Assembly: GCA_037481815.1 (NCBI GenBank)
Contig: JBBFKX010000002.1
Span: 367,647-431,646, forward strand
Length of the DNA stretch: 64,000 nt
Direction: 5' to 3'
Source of the DNA: a candidate division WOR-3 bacterium
Lineage (GTDB): Bacteria > Hydrothermota > 32-111
Below the pieces are notes generated by a model. The model saw nothing but the letters and a program-made list of their open reading frames with translations, had not been told where the DNA came from and did no database searches. Below, one piece after another: positions 50,759 through 60,294 of this stretch; position 1 is the first letter of the stretch; each line of letters begins with the position of its first letter. The translations under genes were made by a program, and so were the position numbers.

Positions 50759-53050
50759 TTAGTTGTCTTTATCCCTAAAAGTGGCAGGTAAAATGAAAAG
50801 AAAGAGTGAAAATAATGAAAGTTTTATATAAGATTCTGGAAGCATCGGAATACCTCTTGTGAACGCTAAAAACCATAAAAATATAAGAAGATTTAGCCAT
50901 GCTACTAATAGAAAAATGCTTTTCACAAAAGATGGAAGAAAAATGATATTTTTTAAAATTGAGACAACAACACCGAAAATTATTAAAAATACAAGAGATT
51001 GAATTATGTTAAACCTTAAAAAGTATAGAGGATTCTGTATTTTTTCATATTTCAGAATCAAAAAATTCAACCTATCAAAAAAATCTCCTTTTTCATTGAT
51101 TATCATATTATAAGTTAAATTATCAAAACTTTCTTTTCTACCTGTTATAAAATAATAACCATATTTTATTTTTTCACTTTTCATACTACTTAATAATTTT
51201 ATCTCCTTCTCTTTTTCCTGTTTCATATTCAATCTATCATAAATACCTGCAAAAGTTGTTGTACCCCAGAAATTGATTCTAAAGTTTGAATCTTTAACAC
51301 TTTTTTGATAAAGCAGTATTGAACCAGAAATTATTATAAAAAGATAGAAAAGCCCTGGAATTATTCTGAAAAAGTTTAAATTTCTTCTATTTCTTTTTTG
51401 TTTTGAAATAATCTGTCCTATTCTTTTGGGATCATCCCACAAGTTTTCAACCTCATCGCCAATTTTCAGATTTACTGTCTGTTCAAAACCTAAAATCCTC
51501 TTTAAAATTTTAACAGATTTCAAGTCGATTTCATTCTTTTCAAGTATTGATATTATTTTTCTGTTTTCGATACTACTGAGTTGATCCTTTTCTGAATATC
51601 TTTCAAGAAGAATTCTCAAACATGTAATTTTATCCCTTTCCGATAGACCTGAACTATAAACAAAAATAGTTATATTTCTTATCACTTTTACTTCATTATT
51701 CGAACTCTTTGTTAAATCTGTATACTCATCAATAAAACTGATAAATTCTCCATTCAATATTAAACTGATTATTTTATTTTCGGCAGCAGTTGATTTTTGC
51801 GATAGATATTTAAAAAGAAAACTTTTTAGATTGTTAACATTTATTTTTTTCCCAAAAATAACGAAAGGCAAACTTTTATTGTATTGATAAATCAACCTCA
51901 TTATTTTTAAATCCTCATTTATACCCGAATCTTTTAAACTTTGAATGAATTTCAAATCTTTTTTCTGTTTATTGAAATCACAAACAGATGAAAATTCTCC
52001 TCGACCAAGATTTTTAATCGCTGTATTCCAGTTCTCTTCACTCTCTGCAATTCCATAAGAAAGATCCTTTAAAGAGTGATAAAATTTACCATTCAACTCA
52101 AAAGGTTTCGTTATACTTTCTTTTTCTTCTTCCTCAAAAACTTTTTCAATCTTTCCGTTTATCCAATTTTCAACCTGCTGAAAACCCCATCTTTTCTCAT
52201 AATCTCTAAGAAGTAATCCTTTTATCAGGACTTTTAAATTTTGATCTATTTTTTCGGGGATCTCAATATTTTTTGTTGTAATATTTACAAAAATCACCTG
52301 GTGATTGGCACCTTTAAAAGGTAACTCACCAAAAACCAGTTCATAAAGAGTCATTCCTAATGTCCAGTAATCTGATTCCTTTCTCATTGCACCCGATAAC
52401 ATTTCTGGAGACATATAACTTGTTGTTCCTCTGACCTGTGTGAACCTCATTGTTTGTTCTCCATCAAGAAGGTTTGAAATACCAAAATCAGAAAAAATTA
52501 TAGATTTAATGTTATCATTTCTTAACAAAAGATTTGATGGTTTTAAATCAAGATAGATTATTCCCTCATCATGTAAAATTTTTAAACCTTTGTTAACCTT
52601 TTTAACAAATTCTTTAATTTCATTTATCGACAATTTTCTTTTGTTAACATAATCTTTTAAAGTTCCCGCTTGAGCGTATTCCATTACTTCATAATATCTT
52701 TCATTAACCTCATCATATTCGAATTCATAAATCTGAACAAAAAAATCTTTATTATTTTTGCTTAGTTTCATAATCCTTTTTATAACATCAGTTTTTGGAA
52801 CTATTCCCTTTCGATAATACTTCAAAAAATATTTTTCATTGTTCTTTGAGACAAGAAAGGTATCCGCTTCACCACCCTGAGCAGGGTATTCCTTTTCGAT
52901 GATGTAATCTTTAATTTTTACAGGTCTGACAGAATTTTCCTGAACATTTTCTTTTGATGGTGTTGAAAAATTTTTTACTATTGTTTTTTCATCTTGTAAT
53001 CCTTCGTTGTTTTCAAAACTTTTCCTTATAGTTTTGTCATTATCAAACAT
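50759..53050 (-). CDS. Hanks-type Ser/Thr protein kinase with C-terminal multi-pass membrane region
   Basis: GGEAD loop, LK, YLDLKPSN, DFG, GT..YMSPE, SDYW.LG; several C-terminal hydrophobic helices. Confidence 0.92.
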   Translation of the reverse strand: MFDNDKTIRKSFENNEGLQDEKTIVKNFSTPSKENVQENSVRPVKIKDYIIEKEYPAQGGEADTFLVSKNNEKYFLKYYRKGIVPKTDVIKRIMKLSKNNKDFFVQIYEFEYDEVNERYYEVMEYAQAGTLKDYVNKRKLSINEIKEFVKKVNKGLKILHDEGIIYLDLKPSNLLLRNDNIKSIIFSDFGISNLLDGEQTMRFTQVRGTTSYMSPEMLSGAMRKESDYWTLGMTLYELVFGELPFKGANHQVIFVNITTKNIEIPEKIDQNLKVLIKGLLLRDYEKRWGFQQVENWINGKIEKVFEEEEKESITKPFELNGKFYHSLKDLSYGIAESEENWNTAIKNLGRGEFSSVCDFNKQKKDLKFIQSLKDSGINEDLKIMRLIYQYNKSLPFVIFGKKINVNNLKSFLFKYLSQKSTAAENKIISLILNGEFISFIDEYTDLTKSSNNEVKVIRNITIFVYSSGLSERDKITCLRILLERYSEKDQLSSIENRKIISILEKNEIDLKSVKILKRILGFEQTVNLKIGDEVENLWDDPKRIGQIISKQKRNRRNLNFFRIIPGLFYLFIIISGSILLYQKSVKDSNFRINFWGTTTFAGIYDRLNMKQEKEKEIKLLSSMKSEKIKYGYYFITGRKESFDNLTYNMIINEKGDFFDRLNFLILKYEKIQNPLYFLRFNIIQSLVFLIIFGVVVSILKNIIFLPSFVKSIFLLVAWLNLLIFLWFLAFTRGIPMLPESYIKLSLFSLFLFILPATFRDKDN

Positions 53051-53494
53051 CTAATATCCCCCTTTTTCCACATCTATTAAAAGGTCTCCTGCAAGTGATA
53101 TTCTATCTCCACCTTTTATTCTATACTGTTTATATTCTTCACATTTTTTATCATTTAGAAATGTTCCGTTTAAACTTCCAAGATCCTCGATGAACCATTC
53201 ATTACCTTTTCTCTCAACTCTTATATGTTCTCTTGATACAGTTTTAATATTCGAACAATCGATTTTTACACCTTTTCGACCAATAATATCTCCACTTTCA
53301 ATTTCAAATTTTTTGTTCATACAACTAAAAACAATCGTTTCAGCATCTTCTTTTTCAACTTTAACTCTCAGATTATTGAGATCGTTTTCATCAACAGGTG
53401 AAATGTCTGCAATGTTGTTGTTACATTTTGAGCAATTCATTTGAGTTATTTCATTCTTTTCATTACAAACTGGACAGATTTTTATCAATCCCAT
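53051..53494 (-). CDS. Zinc-ribbon + FHA domain protein
   Basis: CPVC-x10-CSKC; IIGR, VSREH, DLGSLNGTFLN. Confidence 0.92.
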   Translation of the reverse strand: MGLIKICPVCNEKNEITQMNCSKCNNNIADISPVDENDLNNLRVKVEKEDAETIVFSCMNKKFEIESGDIIGRKGVKIDCSNIKTVSREHIRVERKGNEWFIEDLGSLNGTFLNDKKCEEYKQYRIKGGDRISLAGDLLIDVEKGGY

Positions 53495-53502
53495 AAAAAC
53501 CT

Positions 53503-54057
53503 CTATTTCGGTATTCCTGAAATTATAAATTCGTTTTCAAACTTGAATCTTTGGAAAATATTGTTTTTCCTTTTTCTTCTATATTTTTCATATTTTTCTC
53601 TTATCACATTTTTTTTGCTCAAAATTATCATTTTTTGATTGTTCGATCCTCTCCAGATAAGATTTGATTTTTTATCTTTTATGTATTTCCCATCGATTAA
53701 AACTGAAATATACCTTAAACAACTTTTAAATTCATTTTTTATATTCTCAAATCTATAGCCAGTGTAAACCAGAATATCATCATATTCTCGTTTTATTTCT
53801 TTTAATAGGATCAAAAGAGATCCATACTGTAAAAAAGGTTCTCCACCCGATATTGTTATTCCTTCACAACCTGATTTTTTAGATACAATCATTTTTTTTA
53901 TCAGTTCTTCAACTGACACTTCAATACCCCCCATCTTATCCCATGTATGTTGAGATATACATCCTTCACATCTTATATCACACCCCTGTGTCCAGAGAAC
54001 AAATCTTTTACTAGGTCCAAGGTTATAAATTGGAAAATAAAAAGCACTTATTCTCAT
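53503..54057 (-). CDS. NrdG-like radical SAM / 4Fe-4S activase
   Basis: LGP..R..LW.QGCDIRCEGC (CX3CX2C), GITISGGEPF, YTGY, DG.Y, WRGS.NQ; ATG 54057 overlaps the ATPase stop (ATGA). Confidence 0.88.
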   Translation of the reverse strand: MRISAFYFPIYNLGPSKRFVLWTQGCDIRCEGCISQHTWDKMGGIEVSVEELIKKMIVSKKSGCEGITISGGEPFLQYGSLLILLKEIKREYDDILVYTGYRFENIKNEFKSCLRYISVLIDGKYIKDKKSNLIWRGSNNQKMIILSKKNVIREKYEKYRRKRKNNIFQRFKFENEFIISGIPK

Positions 54058-55877
54058 CTTTTTATCAACATTTTCCATCTGTTATCTTCCTTGATTATTT
54101 TTTCTATTGTTAAAATTTCTCCTTCCTTTGCCTCAATTTCAAAAAGAGTTCTTGAAAGTGTATTTATGAAAACATCTTCTATAACATTTCCTATTCCTCT
54201 TCCTCCCATCGATAAATCTTTTGTTGCTTCAGAATATACAGTTCCGAGTGCTTCAGGTGTTAGATTTAGTATTATCTTTTTTGTATCGAGAAGTTTATCT
54301 TTAACTCTGTTGATCATCTTGTTAACGATATTCAAAGCAACATCCTTCCTTATAAAATCAAAAACAACAATATTTTCACCGATTCTGTTTAAAATTTCTG
54401 CTCTATTGATTTTATACTTAAAAAAATCATCAATTGCATCTTTAATTCTTTTTTCAATTTCGGAATATTCCATCTCTGGATTTATTCTCTGGATTCTTGT
54501 TCCATTCTCTGTTCTTTCATAAACACCAAGGTTGCTTGTAAAAATTATTAAAGATTCCGAGAAGTAAGCGAGTTCTCCTCTTCCAGAAGTTAATCGACCA
54601 TCATCAAGTATTTGCAAAAAAATATCGAGTATTTTGCTGTGTGCCTTTTCTATCTCATCAAAGAGTATCACGGAAAACGGTTTCGCTTTTATTGCGTTTA
54701 TGAGTTCTCCACCTGTTTCATAACCAACATAACCTGGAGGAGCACCAATCAACCTCTGGTCTGAATGTTCTTTTGAAAATTCACTCATATCAAACCTTAT
54801 ATAACTCGTTTCGTTCCCAAAAATCAATTTGGTAATCGATTTTGCAAGTTCTGTCTTTCCAACACCTGTGGGCCCTGCAAAAAACAAAACACCTTTTGGC
54901 CTCTGTGAAATTGTGGAATATTGGGAACCTGATAGATTGAAAACCGATCTTTTGATTATATCTGCTGCTTTGATCACGGCCTTTTCCTGTCCAAAAACAT
55001 CTTTCTTCAAAACATCTTCACTTTTTTTGATTACTTCAAGATTTAATTTTGACCAGGGGTTTTCTTCAATACCAAGTTTATATCTTCTGATCGCCTCACC
55101 TATTTCAAGAAAAGAAAGGTTTTCCTTTCTTGCGATCGATACAATCGATGCTATTTCCTGTCCCTGTAATTCCGTTGTTTGACCTATAAAAATTTCCTTC
55201 ATCTCATTTACTTTTTGATTGTTTTCCTCAAACCCAGTTATATTTTTCGATAGTAATTCAACTATGATTTTTCTTGTTTCATAATCTGGTTTTGGAATAT
55301 TCAGGGACTTTATCCTGTAGTTACCAATGTTAAACCAGGCAGGTAGATCATTATCTTTTTCAAGAATCCATAATACAAGGTTATATTGAGCCAAATTTTT
55401 CTCTTTGATAAACATTGGCTGACACACAAGCGATAATCTAAAAAGTTTATAGTAAAATTCATCTATCTCATTTCTTGAAAGTTCACTATATCGTGATGAA
55501 AAATTCAGTTGCACTACTGACAGAAATTTTTTATTGTTTACTATCTTTTCTATAATCGTTGACGAATCCTTTAACCCACAATCAAGATAGTTCTCTTTAT
55601 TAATACTGTACCCTGTTATCTCTTTAGCATCATCCTCTTTTCCTGAAACCAATTTAAAACCATATTTTGGTTCATATGAAAATACTAGATCATATCCTTC
55701 CTCTTTTAAAACATAGTTCAAATAATCTTTTAGACCAAGAGTTGTTGGAATCAGAGTGTTTTGATTACCCATATAATATGGATAAATATCATAGATGTTG
55801 CCACATATTAAAAATTGAGATTTTATTGAACAGAACCTTTTCAACTCTTTTGCCCACTTTGGATAGTATGATGACAT
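54054..55877 (-). CDS. AAA+ ATPase: N-terminal half without a recognisable Walker A, plus a ClpA/B D2-like ATPase domain
   Basis: GPTGVGKTELAK, DMSEF, LIGAPPGYVGY, FDEIEKAH, DDGRLT, GGRGI. Confidence 0.9.
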   Translation of the reverse strand: MSSYYPKWAKELKRFCSIKSQFLICGNIYDIYPYYMGNQNTLIPTTLGLKDYLNYVLKEEGYDLVFSYEPKYGFKLVSGKEDDAKEITGYSINKENYLDCGLKDSSTIIEKIVNNKKFLSVVQLNFSSRYSELSRNEIDEFYYKLFRLSLVCQPMFIKEKNLAQYNLVLWILEKDNDLPAWFNIGNYRIKSLNIPKPDYETRKIIVELLSKNITGFEENNQKVNEMKEIFIGQTTELQGQEIASIVSIARKENLSFLEIGEAIRRYKLGIEENPWSKLNLEVIKKSEDVLKKDVFGQEKAVIKAADIIKRSVFNLSGSQYSTISQRPKGVLFFAGPTGVGKTELAKSITKLIFGNETSYIRFDMSEFSKEHSDQRLIGAPPGYVGYETGGELINAIKAKPFSVILFDEIEKAHSKILDIFLQILDDGRLTSGRGELAYFSESLIIFTSNLGVYERTENGTRIQRINPEMEYSEIEKRIKDAIDDFFKYKINRAEILNRIGENIVVFDFIRKDVALNIVNKMINRVKDKLLDTKKIILNLTPEALGTVYSEATKDLSMGGRGIGNVIEDVFINTLSRTLFEIEAKEGEILTIEKIIKEDNRWKMLIKR

Positions 55878-55938
55878 TCTTTCCCTCCATTTACAATTTC
55901 ATTTAGATTAAACTTAAATTTTTCATAAAAACAAAATT

Positions 55939-57306
55939 TTACTCTGTATAAGATTCTCTGTTGTTGTATCTTTCCTGTTTTCTTTCTCTTTGATCTTTTT
56001 CAGTTACAATTTCATATTCTATGTTATTGAATTCTGGTTCAACTATTTTGATATCTTCAAATATCATTTCTTCTAAACTCATTTCTTCTAATATTTTCTT
56101 GTATAAAGTGCACCACTTTTTAGCGTTATTTTCATCTTCTTTTTTTTCAACATCACTTACAGAATCTTTTCGCTTTGTACTTCTTTTTACATACTTTGTC
56201 ACTATCCTTCCATCACTATAAGACACTTTCACAACATATTCTCCTTTTTTTATCTCAACACTTTCGCCTTCAATAAGTTTTTCAAAAATTTTTTCATCAA
56301 GTATAATCCATCCTTCATCTTTTACCTTCTTTTCAAATACAGGCAGTTTTTCTTTTAACTTGTTTCTTCTTTCCTCTTCATACAAGAATTGCTCAATTTC
56401 TTCTTCCAACTTTTCATATTGATTGGGATCAATTAAATCCTCTCGAATCAAATTTCCTATATTTTTCATCAAAATCTGATATTTGCGATTTTTGTTTTCA
56501 ACATTTACCATTTTACTTCGATATTCCGATAATTTCTCCTTCAAAACTTCGTTCATCACACTCATTTTTTTTATGTTTTCAAAATTGTAAACAAGTTGTG
56601 TATATAATGTATCAACTCTTGTCTTGTTGTCCGACTTTAAAATTTCTTCGAAAATTTCTTGATTTTCATTTTTACCGAATCCAGTAAAATTTTTTATTTT
56701 TTCATATATTAACCTTGCTTTTTCCTTTTTTTGTTGTAATTGAACCTTTTCCTGTTTGACAGAAGAATTGTTTGAAACAATTTTTTCTTCTTTCAAATTA
56801 GAACTTTTCATTGCCAGATAGTTCTGATACTTATTCACTATTTCATCACTTTTGATTTTCAGGTTTTCAAGTTTTTCTCTCTGCATGTATATGTCTTTTT
56901 CGTTTTTGACTTCATTGAGTTCTTTTTTTATTAAATTTACATCATCAGCAAAAATATTTCCAATTTCACCAAAATTCAAATCATTTTCAATTTTTGTAAT
57001 GTTTGTGTTATTGGTTAAAACAATTTCATTTTCCTCATTTTCAATTTTTTTTATTTCGGCAAACAACTTCCGAAAATTTCTCCTCATATTTTTTTCAACC
57101 TGCTCAATAACGATTGAACTTCTTTCATATCTAATTTCATTGTTTATTTCTTTAGCAAGATCGTTTATCTTAACTTGAATTTCATCTTTTCTTTTATCAG
57201 AAATCTTTGATATCTTTCTCTCACATTTCATTAAGTTATTATTTAAAATGTTCATGATCCTTTTCTTCTCATTCAAATAAATTCTTGTTTCTACATAACT
57301 ACTCAT
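55939..57306 (-). CDS. Coiled-coil-rich hypothetical protein
   Basis: K/E/N-rich helical sequence with a C-terminal alpha/beta segment (E.NAKKWC); overlaps the PP2C stop. Confidence 0.75.
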   Translation of the reverse strand: MSSYVETRIYLNEKKRIMNILNNNLMKCERKISKISDKRKDEIQVKINDLAKEINNEIRYERSSIVIEQVEKNMRRNFRKLFAEIKKIENEENEIVLTNNTNITKIENDLNFGEIGNIFADDVNLIKKELNEVKNEKDIYMQREKLENLKIKSDEIVNKYQNYLAMKSSNLKEEKIVSNNSSVKQEKVQLQQKKEKARLIYEKIKNFTGFGKNENQEIFEEILKSDNKTRVDTLYTQLVYNFENIKKMSVMNEVLKEKLSEYRSKMVNVENKNRKYQILMKNIGNLIREDLIDPNQYEKLEEEIEQFLYEEERRNKLKEKLPVFEKKVKDEGWIILDEKIFEKLIEGESVEIKKGEYVVKVSYSDGRIVTKYVKRSTKRKDSVSDVEKKEDENNAKKWCTLYKKILEEMSLEEMIFEDIKIVEPEFNNIEYEIVTEKDQRERKQERYNNRESYTE

Positions 57307-58063
57307 CCAAACACCTCACTATTATGAAGGTTATATTATCTTTTCCTCCATTCTTGAGCGCTTTTTCAAGTAAAAATTTTCCTGTTTCTTCAAGATTTTC
57401 TTTTTGAAACCCCTCTTCGAGCACATCTATTTCTATACTATCCCAGAGACCATCTGAACAAACTAAAAATGTATCTCCCTTTTCAAAACCTTTTTCAATT
57501 ACATATATCTGTGGTATATTTTCTATTCCATCTCCTGAAATCGAAGAAGTTATAACATTATGTGGAACATTTTCTATCTTGTCAGTTACTCCATTATCTT
57601 TCAACATCTCAAGAACTGAGTGATCTTTTGATAATCTTTCAAGATATTTACCTGACAGTTTATAAACCCGTGAATCACCAACATTAAAAACGACGATCTT
57701 TTCTTTATCAAATGCGATACCTGCAACAGTTGTTCCAAGTCCTGATAATCTTTCGTTATTTTGAGAAATATTTTCAAGTTCGATTTTTGATGATTTTATA
57801 AGATCTTCAATTTTTTTATCATTTTTTTCTATGATATAACCTCTTAAATGTTCAAGAACGATTCTACTTGCTATTTCTCCTCCTTGGTTTCCCCCAATCC
57901 CATCGGCAACAGAAAAAATAGTTTTGTTTTTCTCAAAACGATGTGAGCACACAACCTCCATATTCGTTCGATTAAAAATCATATCATCAACTAATAAAGA
58001 ATCTTCATTGTTTTCTCTTTTTAATCCAATATTGGTAGCAAAAACCGCTTTAAATTTTGTCAT
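57299..58063 (-). CDS. PP2C/PPM-family Ser/Thr phosphatase
   Basis: G.KRENNEDS, VADGIGG, NVGDSR, DHS, CSDGL, GGKDNIT. Confidence 0.93.
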   Translation of the reverse strand: MTKFKAVFATNIGLKRENNEDSLLVDDMIFNRTNMEVVCSHRFEKNKTIFSVADGIGGNQGGEIASRIVLEHLRGYIIEKNDKKIEDLIKSSKIELENISQNNERLSGLGTTVAGIAFDKEKIVVFNVGDSRVYKLSGKYLERLSKDHSVLEMLKDNGVTDKIENVPHNVITSSISGDGIENIPQIYVIEKGFEKGDTFLVCSDGLWDSIEIDVLEEGFQKENLEETGKFLLEKALKNGGKDNITFIIVRCLDE

Positions 58064-59039
58064 ATTCCTTCTCCCTAAATCTTTTGATATTCTCTTTTAC
58101 CTTTTCTTCAGAAAAATTTGCATAACAATAAACACAAAGATGCATACATGTATTGTATTCTCCAATATCTTTGCTCATGATGCAGCCACAATCAGCTCTT
58201 TGTCCTTTATCTTTCAACTTTTTATTTTCAACATAGTCAGAAAAAAGATTTTCATCATATCCCAGAAATTCCATCAACTTTTTGTCATCCTTGAATAATC
58301 TGACCATAAGTTCATCATCAACACATTTGTTTTTCTTTATACCATAAACTGAAAGATCAATATTTTCAGCACATGTTGTAACTTCAAGATTAAACTTTTT
58401 ACCAATTTCAGAAATTTTTTTTGCTATTTCAATTTTTTTCTCATCATCAAATTCAATATATTTTATGTTTTTTTTGCTTAAATTATTTTTTACCTTTGAA
58501 TAAATCTGAATATCAGCATAACTGAAAACCAATTTTTCTGTGTATCCCTTAAGTTCTTTAGCAATGTTTTCAATTTTTCCAGTCAGTTTATTAATATCAA
58601 GTTGGTCATTTAGAATCAATGGATCGAATCTCCATATAACTTTTTCTTTTCCAATTTTTTCTGACAATTTTTTAAATATCTTAATTCTTTCTTCAAGTTT
58701 TATCACATTCGGTTCAAATCCTTCTTTTTCATAATCGTTCAAAGTGAACTGAAAATAGTATCCAATGTTTCTTTCATCAAGCACTTTTAAGTATGGGATT
58801 ATCGGTTCTGGATTCTTTGTCCAGAAAACAATCACTCTTGTTTCATCAAAAAAGACATACGACTCTTTGTTGTTGAAAGGGTTAACCCATTTTATATAGC
58901 CATTCTCAAGACATCTGAAAAACCAATCAGAATGAAACGCAGGTATATCGGTCGCCCTACTCGCTGAAATTATAACAGGGCAAACACCTTCCTTTTTTTG
59001 TCCATCAATAATCTTTTCAATTTTATTCCATTTATACAT
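58050..59039 (-). CDS. DUF1848 family protein (radical-SAM-related, C-terminal CX3CX2C)
   Basis: IISASRATDIPAF..WF, VFWTKNP, WRFDP, C.C..SKDIG.YNTC.H.CVYCYAN. Confidence 0.88.
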   Translation of the reverse strand: MYKWNKIEKIIDGQKKEGVCPVIISASRATDIPAFHSDWFFRCLENGYIKWVNPFNNKESYVFFDETRVIVFWTKNPEPIIPYLKVLDERNIGYYFQFTLNDYEKEGFEPNVIKLEERIKIFKKLSEKIGKEKVIWRFDPLILNDQLDINKLTGKIENIAKELKGYTEKLVFSYADIQIYSKVKNNLSKKNIKYIEFDDEKKIEIAKKISEIGKKFNLEVTTCAENIDLSVYGIKKNKCVDDELMVRLFKDDKKLMEFLGYDENLFSDYVENKKLKDKGQRADCGCIMSKDIGEYNTCMHLCVYCYANFSEEKVKENIKRFREKEYDKI

Positions 59040-60075
59040 ATAAACCCCAGAAATATCCTTCTTTTGTATTTTTTGTTAATTCAATACATTTTTCAATCTT
59101 TCCATTTTCACAAATATTAAAACCTGTCGATGTTTCAGCAACGATGTATTTTGAATTATCAACGACCTTTTTATTTACTAACTTTGAAGCAGTTCCCTTT
59201 TCAAGAATGATCTTATAATTTGTTTTAAAATTATCATACACCATAGATCCAAATCCAAAATCTCTGATTATTTTAAAATTTATCTGTGTGAAGCAATCTC
59301 CATTATTGTTGACACAATCGTTGTGATTTAAATTACATTGCACAGGTAATAAAGTCGTATAATTTTTGTTGTTTCTGTAAAATTTCTTCAATTCATTATT
59401 CATAATTATCGGGAAAAACCTCCCATCGTTATTTTTATCGCAAACATCAGTCAAAAATATTATACCATCTTTGTTTAGGTATTTTACCATTTCTTCTACA
59501 AAAATTCTATAATTTTCTTCCTTGTTTTCTGTTCTGTAAAATTCATTTATCATATTGAAATTCAAAATGATATCAAATTTTTCTTTTAGTGATTCCATCA
59601 AATTTTTCAATCCGTTAGAGAATTTTTCTTCTGATGTAAAATCATAAAGCAAATATGTTGAATTTGTGCATGTATTATTTTTCACATCAAAATAATATTT
59701 ATACTTAAAAAAGTATTTTTTCATTATAGGATTTGAGTCAACAAGATAAAACTTAAAACTCTCATGATTGAATTTTTTATTCATAAATGCCTTAATCATT
59801 CCAAAAATTTCGGGTGCTGCACCACATCCAATATCGAGTATTTTTATTTCTTTTTTATTTTTAATCGTTTCAATATAGTTTGTATTTTCTATTAGATTTT
59901 TAAACACAAGATATGACACAATTTTGCTTCTTAAAAAGTATGTTCCGAGATATTCTAAAACCGTTGCCTCATCAGCATTTTTAAAAGTGATTATCCCACC
60001 ACCCCTTTGTTTGTATTTTGCTCCAATTGTCTCAAGAAACCTAAAAACTTCATTACTTATTTTTATATTTATCAT
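59032..60075 (-). CDS. Class I SAM-dependent methyltransferase-like protein
   Basis: YLGTYFLRS, ILDIGCGA motif I, acidic residue after strand 2 (LVD), FDII, L..DGII..TD; Cys cluster QC-x6-C-x6-C. Confidence 0.75.
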   Translation of the reverse strand: MINIKISNEVFRFLETIGAKYKQRGGGIITFKNADEATVLEYLGTYFLRSKIVSYLVFKNLIENTNYIETIKNKKEIKILDIGCGAAPEIFGMIKAFMNKKFNHESFKFYLVDSNPIMKKYFFKYKYYFDVKNNTCTNSTYLLYDFTSEEKFSNGLKNLMESLKEKFDIILNFNMINEFYRTENKEENYRIFVEEMVKYLNKDGIIFLTDVCDKNNDGRFFPIIMNNELKKFYRNNKNYTTLLPVQCNLNHNDCVNNNGDCFTQINFKIIRDFGFGSMVYDNFKTNYKIILEKGTASKLVNKKVVDNSKYIVAETSTGFNICENGKIEKCIELTKNTKEGYFWGLYV

Positions 60076-60093
60076 ACCCCTCCCTTTAAATTT

Positions 60094-60282
60094 TTATTTT
60101 ATCTTCTTAAACACTTTCCTCCAAAAAAGTCCTGTTCCCGGAATTCCAACACTTATCGATTTTTCTTTACCTGATGTAAATTTTAAACCTCTAACTCCCG
60201 ACGAAACACTAACCCCACCTTTATTGATATTCAACCACAAGCCGGGCAAAATTTTTATAACTTTTCTAAATCTTATTCCCAA
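60094..60282 (-). CDS. DUF4236 domain small protein
   Basis: FRK.IKI.PG..LNI.K.G.S.S.G..G....GIPGTGL; RBS AGGAGGT before TTG. Confidence 0.85.
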   Translation of the reverse strand: MGIRFRKVIKILPGLWLNINKGGVSVSSGVRGLKFTSGKEKSISVGIPGTGLFWRKVFKKIK

Positions 60283-60294
60283 CTTTACCTCCTT

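Noticed and set aside
53947..54522. 191-aa plus-strand ORF
   Set aside because: Antisense to the AAA+ and radical SAM genes; shadow ORF.
50759..58063. Calling the kinase operon TerY-P, a T6SS regulatory module, or canonical clpB/nrdG
   Set aside because: There is no vWA/TerY, no T6SS structural gene and no nrdD, and the ATPase lacks an intact first nucleotide-binding domain.
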